From positions 11,972 through 75,971 of the forward strand of contig PHBI01000002.1 in assembly GCA_002841945.1 (NCBI GenBank): a stretch of 64,000 nucleotides of DNA, read 5' to 3'. The notes beneath the pieces are model-generated. The model had not been told where the DNA came from. It saw nothing but the letters and a program-made list of their open reading frames with translations, and did not search any database. Shown here piece after piece: positions 55,909 through 64,000 of this stretch (positions within the stretch are counted from its first letter, which is position 1; each line of letters starts with the position of its first letter). The position numbers and the translations under genes were made by a program. Source of the stretch: Deltaproteobacteria bacterium HGW-Deltaproteobacteria-14. GTDB taxonomy: Bacteria > Myxococcota_A > UBA9042 > PHBI01.

Positions 55909-58658
55909 GAGGGCTCACCTTGGGTCGAAACGGGCGCGGCCGCCTCGGCGAGCAGCGTCGCGACGAGGCCGGTCCAGCCGGTCTGGTGCGAGGCGCCGAC
56001 GCCGCGGCCGCTGTCGCCGTGGAAGTACTCGTAGAAGAGGACGTGGTCGCGGAAGTGCGGGTCGCTCTGGAGCAGCGGGTCGTCCCCGAGGGCGGCCCGG
56101 CGGCCGTCGGCGTCGCGCAGGAAGAGCCGGCACAGGCGCGCGGACAGCGCGGCGGCGATCTCGGCGAGGCTCAGGCGGGTGCCGGAGCCGGTCGGGAACT
56201 CCACGCGGAAGTCGTCGCCGTAGTAGGTGTGGAACTTCCGCAGCGACTCGACGAGCAGGTAGTTGACCGGCATCCAGATCGGGCCGCGCCAGTTCGAGTT
56301 GCCGCCGAACAGGCCGCTGTCCGACTCGCCCGGCTGGTAGCTGACGCTGTGGCTCACGCCGCCGACGTCGAAGCGGTAGGGGTGCTCGGCGTGGTGCTTG
56401 GAGAGCCCGCGCACGCCGTAGTCGGAGAGGAACTCGGCCTCGTCGAGCATGCGGCGCAAGAGCAGCTTCATGCGATGCCCGCGCAGCAGCGAGAGCAGGT
56501 GTCGGCTGCCTTGGCCCGGGACCTCCCAGCGCGACGTCAGCGCCGCGAGCTCGGGGCGGTGCTCGAGAAACCAGTGCATGCGGTCGCGGAAGCCCGGGAC
56601 GCGGTCGAGCAGCTCGGGGCCGATGGTCTCGACGGCCAGGAGCGGGAGCAGCCCCACCAGCGAGCGGATCCTCAGGGGCACCGTCTCGCAGCGCTGCGCC
56701 GCCGGGTCGTCGTAGTGGAGGACGTCGTAGTAGAAGCCGTCCCGCTCGTCCCAGAGGTCAATGCCGTGACCGCCGACGTTCTTCATCGCACCTGCGATAT
56801 AGAGAAAGTGCTCGAAAAACTTGGTCGCGATGTCCTCATAGACGGGGCGATGCTGCGCTAGCTCGAGCGAGATCCGCAGCAGGTTCAGCGCGTACATCGC
56901 CATCCACGAGGTGCCGTCGGCCTGCTCGATGTGGCCGGCGACCGGCAGCGGCGCGCTGCGGTCGAAGACGCCGATGTTGTCGAGGCCGAGGAACCCGCCC
57001 TGGAAGAGGTTCAGGCCGTGGGCGTCCTTGCGGTTGACCCACCAGGTGAAGTTGAGCAGCAGCTTGTGGAGGACCCGCTCGAGGAAGTCGAGGTCGCCGG
57101 CGTCCCCGCGCTGGGCGCGGTCGATCTCGAAGACGCGCCAGGTCGCCCAGGCGTGGACCGGCGGGTTGACGTCGCCAAAGGCCCACTCGTAGGCCGGGAG
57201 CTGGCCGTTGGGGTGCATGTACCACTCGCGCGTGAGCAGCAGCAGCTGGTCTTTGGCGAAGTCGGCGTCGACCTGGGCGAGCGGGAGGCAGTGAAACGCG
57301 AGGTCCCACGCCGCGTACCAGGGGTACTCCCAGGTGTCCGGCATCGAGATGATGTCGGCGTTGTTGAGGTGGCCCCAGCCGTGGTTGCGGCCTTGTTTAC
57401 GCCCCTCGGGGGGCGCGGGCTGGCCGGGGTCGCCGTCGAGCCAGCGCGGGACGTCGAAGTAGTAGTACTGCTTGCTCCACAGCATGCCCGCGAGGGCCTG
57501 CCGCTGAACGCGCCGCTCGTCCGGGTCACGCACGCCGCCATGGACCGCGTCCCAGTAGCCCTCCGCCTCGGCCTCGCGGCGGGCGAAGGTCGCGTCGAAG
57601 TCGGCGAAGGCCCCGGCGCGCCCGGGCCGGGTGAGGCGCACGCGGAGCTCGACCTCGCCGCCAGCGGGCACGACGCGGCGCCAGATGGCGCCGACCTTGG
57701 TCCCGACCTGCGCCGGGTTCACGGCGCCCTCGTCACCGTCGACGATCAAGGCGTGGAGGCCGTCCTTGAAGAAGCCCGCGCCGTCCTGTTCCGTCGCGCC
57801 GTACAGGCGCCGGTGGTGGGTGTCGTTGTCGCAGAAGGCGAGGCGATCGGGCGCGTCGGCGGCGAGCTCGAAGGCTCCGAGCGTCGGGTGGGTGAGCGCG
57901 ACGCGGCCGGCGTCGACCGCGCGCATGCTCGGCCGCTCGGCCCCGTCGCCCCCGTCACCCCACGACCAGGTGTTGCGAAACCACGCCTGGGGCACGACCA
58001 CGACCGGCGCGTCGTCGGGGCCGCGGTTGCAGACGCGAACGCGCATCAGGACGTCCTCGGGGCCGCCCTTGGCGTACTCGATGAAGACGTCGAAGTAGCG
58101 GCCGTCGGCGAAGGCCCCGGTGTCGACGAGCTCGAGCTCCGGATCGGCCTTGCCGCGCGCGCGGTTGCCTGCGACGAGCTGTTCGTACGGGTAGGCCGCC
58201 TGCGGGTACTTGTAGAGCATCCGCATCCAGGCGTGCGAGGGGGTGGCGTCGAGGAAGTAGTAGAGCTCCTTGACGTCCTCGCCGTGGTTGCCCTCCGGGC
58301 CGGTGAGGCCGAAGAGGCGCTCCTTCAGAATCGGGTCGCGGGTGTTCCAGAGGGCCACCCCCAGGCACAGGCGCTGCTGGGCGTCGCTGAAGCCGCCGAG
58401 CCCATCTTCACCCCAGCGGTAGGCGCGGCTGCGGGCGTGGTCGTGGGGGAAGTAGTCCCAGGCGGTGCCGTCGGGGCTGTAGTCCTCGCGCACCGTGCCC
58501 CACTGCCGCTCGCTGAGGTAGGGACCGAACAGGCGCCAGGCGTCGCTGCCGGCCCGCGTCTGGTCCATGCGCGTCCGCTCGGCGGTCGCCACGCCAGCGG
58601 CGCTAGGGTCGCCCGGAGCGTGGTCGGGATCGTTCGGGGCGAGCTCGGGTGCGGGCAT
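55905..58658 (-). CDS. GH63 / MGH1-like glucosidase
   Basis: [44 protein letters not shown] and [20 protein letters not shown]. Confidence 0.93.
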   Translation of the reverse strand: MPAPELAPNDPDHAPGDPSAAGVATAERTRMDQTRAGSDAWRLFGPYLSERQWGTVREDYSPDGTAWDYFPHDHARSRAYRWGEDGLGGFSDAQQRLCLGVALWNTRDPILKERLFGLTGPEGNHGEDVKELYYFLDATPSHAWMRMLYKYPQAAYPYEQLVAGNRARGKADPELELVDTGAFADGRYFDVFIEYAKGGPEDVLMRVRVCNRGPDDAPVVVVPQAWFRNTWSWGDGGDGAERPSMRAVDAGRVALTHPTLGAFELAADAPDRLAFCDNDTHHRRLYGATEQDGAGFFKDGLHALIVDGDEGAVNPAQVGTKVGAIWRRVVPAGGEVELRVRLTRPGRAGAFADFDATFARREAEAEGYWDAVHGGVRDPDERRVQRQALAGMLWSKQYYYFDVPRWLDGDPGQPAPPEGRKQGRNHGWGHLNNADIISMPDTWEYPWYAAWDLAFHCLPLAQVDADFAKDQLLLLTREWYMHPNGQLPAYEWAFGDVNPPVHAWATWRVFEIDRAQRGDAGDLDFLERVLHKLLLNFTWWVNRKDAHGLNLFQGGFLGLDNIGVFDRSAPLPVAGHIEQADGTSWMAMYALNLLRISLELAQHRPVYEDIATKFFEHFLYIAGAMKNVGGHGIDLWDERDGFYYDVLHYDDPAAQRCETVPLRIRSLVGLLPLLAVETIGPELLDRVPGFRDRMHWFLEHRPELAALTSRWEVPGQGSRHLLSLLRGHRMKLLLRRMLDEAEFLSDYGVRGLSKHHAEHPYRFDVGGVSHSVSYQPGESDSGLFGGNSNWRGPIWMPVNYLLVESLRKFHTYYGDDFRVEFPTGSGTRLSLAEIAAALSARLCRLFLRDADGRRAALGDDPLLQSDPHFRDHVLFYEYFHGDSGRGVGASHQTGWTGLVATLLAEAAAPVSTQGEPS

Positions 58659-59015
58659 GGGGCGCCTCCGTGACAGCGGTGGGGACGGTCCGGGGCGCTG
58701 CGACCGAGCGCGTGGACATGAACCTGTGTCTTCGTCCCGGCCGAATTGTTACACGCGTCGGTCCGATTGCGCCGACCAGGCCCCCCTCCGACGTCGGTTC
58801 ACGAACGGCCCCGTGGTCCCTACCCGAGCCCGTATTTCTCACCATCTTCCGGCTGCGAGCGGCGGATACCCGGGAGCTGCGCCCCCGCGCCCCGCCACGG
58901 TGGCGTTCTCCCGCCGCCGGCTTGCGGAGTACGCTCGGCACACCTCAGCCGGCTCTGGTCCGAGCACGCCGATATCACCTACGTCTCCTTGCTCTCGCTC
59001 GAAATCTGGTAAGAA

Positions 59016-61772
59016 ATGCGGGCTAGCCGCTTAACCAGGTCGGGAGGGGTATTGACCGCACTGCCGGACATCCGCGCGAGCGAGCGCCGCAACGTGATCG
59101 GCGCCTTCCTCACCCTCTTCGGGGTGCTCGCCGCGCACGTCGTCACCGAGACCGCGCGCGACGCCCTCTTCCTGAGCCGCCTCCCCGCTCAGCAGCTCCC
59201 GTGGGTCTACCTCGCCATCGCGGTCATCGCTGCGCTCGTGGCCCGCCCGCGCGCCGGCGCCCGCGAGGTCGGCCAGGGCGCCCTCGGGAGCTGGCTGCTC
59301 GCGAGCTCCGCCATCACCGTCGGCTTCTGGTTGCTCGCCGCCCCGGACCGCCCCTGGGCCCTGTACCTCCTCTACGCCTGGAGCGGCGTCTTCGGGACGC
59401 TCACCCTCACGTGGTTCTGGCTCCTCCTCGGCGAGCTCTTCACCGTCACCGAGGCGAAGCGCCTCTACGGCGCCATCGGGGCCGGCGCCGTCGTCGGCGC
59501 CGTGGCCGGCGCCGGCCTCGCGAGCCTCCTCGCCCGCGCGTTCCCGGCCGAGCACCTGCTCCTCGCCTCGGCCAGCCTGCTCGCGGTCACCGCCGCCGCC
59601 CCCGCCCTCATCCTCCGCCGCCCGACCGACGCCCCTCCCCGCCGACCGCCGGCTACCGTGCCCGAGGTGCGTCTGTGCGCCCGCACCGTGATCAGGACCC
59701 GCTACATCCGCCGCCTCGCTGGCCTCGTCATCATCTCGACCCTCACGCTGAGCATCGTCGACTACGTCTTCAAGGTCACGGTCGCCGCGGAGGTGCCGCC
59801 CGACGAGCTCGGCGCCTGGTTCGCCACCTTCTACCTCGCCCTCAACGCCCTCGCCCTCGTCGCCCAGGTGCTCGTCACCGGCGCCGTCATGCGCCACCTC
59901 GGCGTCCACCGCGCCCTGCTCTTCCTGCCGCTGCTGCTCCTCGGCGGCGCCGCCGCGGTCTTCATCGTCGGCGGCCTCGTCGGCGCGCTGATCCTGAAGG
60001 GGGCCGACGGGAGCCTCCGTCACTCCCTGCACCGGACCTCGACCGAGCTGCTCTTCCTGCCCATCCCGGAGCGCCTGCGCCGCCACTCCAAGGCCTTCAT
60101 CGACGTCCTCCTCCAGCGCAGCGCCCAGGCCGTCGCCTCGCTGGCCATCTTGCTCGCGGTGGCGGCCGGCGCCAGCACGACCGCCCTGGTCGCGGTCACC
60201 GCAGCCCTCGCCGGGATCTGGCTCGTGGCCGCCGTCTCGCTGCGCCCGCACTACCTCGAGATGTTCCGCGTCAGCCTGCGCCAGGGCAGCATCGACACCA
60301 GCCGGGAGCTGCCCGAGCTCGACATCAGCTCCCTCGAGGCCCTCATGCGCGCCCTCAACCACGACGACGCCGAGGTCATCGCCGCGATGGAGATCCTCGC
60401 CCGCGAAGGCCGCACCGACCTCATCCCCGCGCTCATCCTCCACCACCCCGCCGAGGAGGTCGTGCTGCGCGCCCTCGATCTCTTCGCGAAGGCCGGCCGC
60501 GGTGACTTCGTCCCGGTCGCCGACCGGCTGCTCGCGAGCGACCCGCGGCCCCGGATCCGCGCCGCCGCCATGCGCGCGCGGCACGCCGTCGCGCCCGATC
60601 CGACCCGCCTCCGCGCCTACACCGACGACCGCGACGCCCTCGTGCGCACGACCGCGTGCGCGTCGCTGCTGTCGACCGCCACCCTCGACGGCGCGGAGGC
60701 GCGCATGGCCCTCGACGCCTGCCGGCGGGGCGCGACCGTGGACGAGCACGTCGCGGTCCTCAGCGCCATCGCCCTGCAGCCGCTGCGCGCCTTCGAGGCC
60801 GTCGTGCTCGACCTCGGCGCGCACCCGGAGCGCGCCGTGCAGCTCGCGGCGGCCGACGCGATGGGAGCGGTGGACTCCCCGACCATGCTGCCGGCGCTCG
60901 TGGCCATGCTCGGCGAGCGCGCGCTGCGGCTCCGGGCGCGCGACGCCTTGCTGCGCCATGGCGACGACGCCCTCGCGCACCTCCGCGCCGCCCTCGCCGA
61001 CCTCACCCTGCCAGACGCCGTGCGCGTGCACATCCCCCGGACCATCAGCCGCTTCGGCGGTCAGGCCGCGGTCGACATCCTGACCGCTCGGCTCCGCGAC
61101 GAGCCCACCGAGATCGTGCGCTTCAAGATCCTCCGCGGCCTCGGGCGACTCGTCACCGACGGCGCCCAGCTCAGCGTCGACCGCGCCACCCTCCGCGCCG
61201 CCCTCGATCGCGATCTCGCCGCCGCCTTCACGCTCCTGCACCAGCAGCGCGTGCTCGCGGACGGCCTCGCCGAGGATCCGGCCCGCGCGACGAGCGGCCA
61301 CGAGCTGCTCTCGACCCTGGTGCGCGACAAGCTCGTCCACGCCACCGAGCGCGTCTTCCGGCTGTTCGGTTTGCTGCATCGCAGCGAGGACTTTCAGACG
61401 CTCTACCGCAGCGCCATCGGCGCGTCGCGGGCGCGACGCGCCAACGCGTTCGAGCTGCTCGAGCACGTCGTCGACGCCGACGTCCGCGAACCGCTGCTCG
61501 CCCTGGTGTCCGACGCCCCGCTCGACGTGCGCCTCGCCGCGGGCGGGCCCCTCCTCGGCGCCGTGCCAGAGGGCTACGAGGCGCTGCTCGCCTCGCTCGC
61601 CGCGGGATCGAGCGCGACCCTCGCCGCCCTCGCGGCCTACCACCGCCGCGAGCTCGGTCTCGCCGCTGCCCCGCTGGCGCCCGCTCCCTGGCGCGCCCCG
61701 CGAACGGCGGCGCGAGACGGTGGCGGCGTGCTCGCCTCGCTCTTGGGGCAGGAGCCGGCCCATGTCCGATAG
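59016..61772 (+). CDS. Npt1/TLC-like nucleotide transporter domain fused to HEAT/ARM repeats
   Basis: ETARDALFL, LPWVY, EAKRLYGAIGAG, ELLFLPIP...KAFID; about 12 TMs followed by helical HEAT-like repeats. Confidence 0.85.
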   Translation: MRASRLTRSGGVLTALPDIRASERRNVIGAFLTLFGVLAAHVVTETARDALFLSRLPAQQLPWVYLAIAVIAALVARPRAGAREVGQGALGSWLLASSAITVGFWLLAAPDRPWALYLLYAWSGVFGTLTLTWFWLLLGELFTVTEAKRLYGAIGAGAVVGAVAGAGLASLLARAFPAEHLLLASASLLAVTAAAPALILRRPTDAPPRRPPATVPEVRLCARTVIRTRYIRRLAGLVIISTLTLSIVDYVFKVTVAAEVPPDELGAWFATFYLALNALALVAQVLVTGAVMRHLGVHRALLFLPLLLLGGAAAVFIVGGLVGALILKGADGSLRHSLHRTSTELLFLPIPERLRRHSKAFIDVLLQRSAQAVASLAILLAVAAGASTTALVAVTAALAGIWLVAAVSLRPHYLEMFRVSLRQGSIDTSRELPELDISSLEALMRALNHDDAEVIAAMEILAREGRTDLIPALILHHPAEEVVLRALDLFAKAGRGDFVPVADRLLASDPRPRIRAAAMRARHAVAPDPTRLRAYTDDRDALVRTTACASLLSTATLDGAEARMALDACRRGATVDEHVAVLSAIALQPLRAFEAVVLDLGAHPERAVQLAAADAMGAVDSPTMLPALVAMLGERALRLRARDALLRHGDDALAHLRAALADLTLPDAVRVHIPRTISRFGGQAAVDILTARLRDEPTEIVRFKILRGLGRLVTDGAQLSVDRATLRAALDRDLAAAFTLLHQQRVLADGLAEDPARATSGHELLSTLVRDKLVHATERVFRLFGLLHRSEDFQTLYRSAIGASRARRANAFELLEHVVDADVREPLLALVSDAPLDVRLAAGGPLLGAVPEGYEALLASLAAGSSATLAALAAYHRRELGLAAAPLAPAPWRAPRTAARDGGGVLASLLGQEPAHVR

Positions 61773-62712
61773 GGCGCTCGTCACGTCGCTGGAGCGGCTC
61801 CTCGCGCTGCGGCGCAGCGAGCTCTTTCGCGACCTCCCGACCCGCGACCTCGAGGTCCTCGCCGGGCTCCTGCGCGAGGCGGTGTTCCGCGCCGGGGAGG
61901 TGATTCAGCCCGCCGATCAGCCGGCCACGACGCTCCACCTCATCGTCGAGGGCGCGATCGAGCTCGTCCGTGACGAGGTCGTGCGGCGGCGCGTCGAGGC
62001 GCCCTTCGCCCTGGGTTCCCTCGCCGTGTTCGCCGGCCGCGACGGCGGCACACGCGCGACGGCGCTGACGGAGGTCGTCGCCCTGCGGATCCCGGCCGAC
62101 GTCATCGCCGAGGTCGTCGAGGACCACTTCAACGTCCTCGACCAGCTCCTCCGCGCCACCGCGCGGCAGCTCATCAGCGAGGTGCGGCTCCTCACCGGCG
62201 ACCGCGTCGTGCCCGGCCCAGCCGACCGGCCGCCGTGCCGCGTCTTCGAGCGGCCCCTCGATCTCGTCGAGCGGCTCATCTTCCTCCGGCGCATGCCGAT
62301 GTTCGCGCCGGCGAGCCTCGACTCCGTGGCGGAGATCTCGACTCACTTCAGAGAGCTGAGATATCCGGCCGGCCACGAGCTGTGGCGTGAGGGGGAGCGC
62401 CCCGTCGACATCCTCTGCCTCGTCCACGGCGCCGTGCGCGGCACGACGGCGGCCCACCCGGGAGTCGTGCTGTACCGTGATTACGCGATGTTGGGCGCGC
62501 TCTCGGTCCTGGGCCAGGCGCCACACTATCAGCGCTGCGTGACAGACACCCCGGTCGTGGTGCTCGCTGTCGCGGGCGGCCAGATCCTCGACGCCCTCGA
62601 GGACAACTTCGAGATGGCCATGGTCCTGCTCGGTGGCCTCGCCCGCGAGACCTTCGACGTCGAGCGGCGGCTGCACGAGCAGCGGGCGCTTCAGTCCGAC
62701 GCCCAGCCCTAG
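61762..62712 (+). CDS. Tandem cyclic-nucleotide-binding domain protein
   Basis: Two copies of (L/V)ERL(L/I).LRR...F, each followed by F.AG/Y.AG and LIVEG/LVHG; ATG at 61762 overlaps the transporter end. Confidence 0.85.
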   Translation: MSDRALVTSLERLLALRRSELFRDLPTRDLEVLAGLLREAVFRAGEVIQPADQPATTLHLIVEGAIELVRDEVVRRRVEAPFALGSLAVFAGRDGGTRATALTEVVALRIPADVIAEVVEDHFNVLDQLLRATARQLISEVRLLTGDRVVPGPADRPPCRVFERPLDLVERLIFLRRMPMFAPASLDSVAEISTHFRELRYPAGHELWREGERPVDILCLVHGAVRGTTAAHPGVVLYRDYAMLGALSVLGQAPHYQRCVTDTPVVVLAVAGGQILDALEDNFEMAMVLLGGLARETFDVERRLHEQRALQSDAQP

Positions 62713-62758
62713 CGGATCCCGACGAGGAAGGCGTCCGCGCCGCGGTGGCCGAGGCGAC

Positions 62759-64000
62759 TCAGCGGTCGGGCGGGTCGTCGGGCGCAGGGGACTCCGGGCG
62801 CTCGAGCCCAACGATGCGGAGCTCCGCCGCACCGTGCTGATAGAGGTGGACCCGCACCGGGGGGCCAGGGCGGAGCGCGTTGGCGTGTACGTCGACGATG
62901 AGATAGCGGGGGCCGTCGCCCGCGACCTCGGGGAGCGTGACGCAGACGGTCGCCGCGGCGGGCGTTCGCGGCGAGAGCGTCACCGGCGCCCGCTGGTCCG
63001 CGACCCAGGCGCGGCCGCTGTAGCTCCGCGCCTCGGTAGCCACCGTGGCGGACGCGACGGCCAGGTCGGTCAGGCACAGCTCCCCGCCCACGACGCGCGG
63101 GTCTGCGAGCGGCGACAGCGCGGTGAGGAAGCGGTCGAGGATCTTCTTGCGCCGGCCCAGGAGCGCGGTGCGCAGCTGCTCGCGGACGGTGTCGTCGTGG
63201 AGCTTGCCGGTCTCGATCAGCGCGTCGATCCGGGTGACGCTGAAGCGCGCGATGATGCGCGCCATCCACGCGGCGTCCCGCTCGGTCATCCGGCTGAAGG
63301 CGGGGTTCGGGTACTCGTTGAACCAGGCGTCGGGGTCGAAGCGCTCGACGTCGTAGTAGCCGAGGACGTCGCCGCCGGGCCCGAACTCCGTGTCGTCCCA
63401 GGGGCGCACGAGGGCCCCGAAGGTGAAGAGGTCGGCGAGGATGTGTTGGGGGTAGAAGAAGTAGCTGTGCCCCCAGCGCCGCGACAGGCTGTCCCACTGC
63501 CAGAGCGAGCCGAAGCAGTCGCCGAAGTCGATGTAGTGGTGCCTGACGAAGCCCCGGCCCTGCGCGGTGGCGATCCACATGTCGAGGGTGTTCTGCTCGC
63601 GCGAGTCGAAGTGGTTCACCCAGGCGGCGAGCACCGCGGCGCCTCGCAGCTCGCGCCGGTCCTCGTGGGCGATGACGTCGTTGCGGTCGTCGTCACGAGT
63701 GGACTCGTAGCGCCAGGGGCCCAGCGGCGTGCCGCTGAGGTAGAGGCTGGCGTTGCCGCGGTAGCGGCCGTCGGAGAGCCTCATCGCGCGGTCGAACGCG
63801 GCCGAGACCATCGCCTCGGTCAGCGGCTCCTTGGTGCCGTCGGACCGCTCGGAGGTCGCACCCGGCTCGATGGTCAGGATCGCGCGGTCGAACTCGACGA
63901 TGCGGTTGCAGGGCACGTGATAGCCGGCGACCCAGTAGATGCGCGACACGACGGCGTCCGCGGCGGTGGCGCGCGGCTGCTGCTCCGCGCCGTCGAACTT
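62759..64000 (-). CDS. Uncharacterised protein with atypical kinase-like motifs (5' end outside the window)
   Basis: RRELRG..VLAAWVNHFDSREQNTLD (H-x-D-x4-N) and YIDFGDCFG (DFG); frame open to the edge. Confidence 0.7.
   Translation of the reverse strand, partial: KFDGAEQQPRATAADAVVSRIYWVAGYHVPCNRIVEFDRAILTIEPGATSERSDGTKEPLTEAMVSAAFDRAMRLSDGRYRGNASLYLSGTPLGPWRYESTRDDDRNDVIAHEDRRELRGAAVLAAWVNHFDSREQNTLDMWIATAQGRGFVRHHYIDFGDCFGSLWQWDSLSRRWGHSYFFYPQHILADLFTFGALVRPWDDTEFGPGGDVLGYYDVERFDPDAWFNEYPNPAFSRMTERDAAWMARIIARFSVTRIDALIETGKLHDDTVREQLRTALLGRRKKILDRFLTALSPLADPRVVGGELCLTDLAVASATVATEARSYSGRAWVADQRAPVTLSPRTPAAATVCVTLPEVAGDGPRYLIVDVHANALRPGPPVRVHLYQHGAAELRIVGLERPESPAPDDPPDR

Overview
Very GC-rich DNA, Myxococcota-like by gene content (inference). 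Bases 1 to about 44.7 kb are a dense anti-phage defence hotspot in two parts, separated by the duplicated 3' half of a tRNA-Lys(UUU) at 29214-29257, a likely att site. The left part holds the start of a class I DISARM-like operon: drmD, then a probable drmMI running off the window edge. Between those two genes sits a translationally coupled, uncharacterised pair, a 1788-aa STAND/AAA-like ATPase and a 417-aa protein with a C-terminal HEPN-type RNALAH motif; this is the best candidate for a new system. The left part also has a RelE-like/UvrD fusion, a double SF1 helicase with C2H2 fingers, a complete type I Zorya operon with unusual ZorA/ZorB/ZorD features, and GmrSD. The right part holds hicBA, fic, an EcoAI-like type I R-M operon preceded by a helical-protein gene and a 21-bp tandem array, and an Hhe-like DUF4011 helicase/nuclease lying between two halves of a broken DUF222-HNH-like gene. 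From 45 kb on the genes look host-like: ECF sigma/anti-sigma, a Ser/Thr kinase, a 7-gene glucoside/oxidation operon, an Npt-HEAT transporter with a tandem cNMP-binding partner, and a partial kinase-fold protein. All family calls come from motif recognition by eye; no searches were run.
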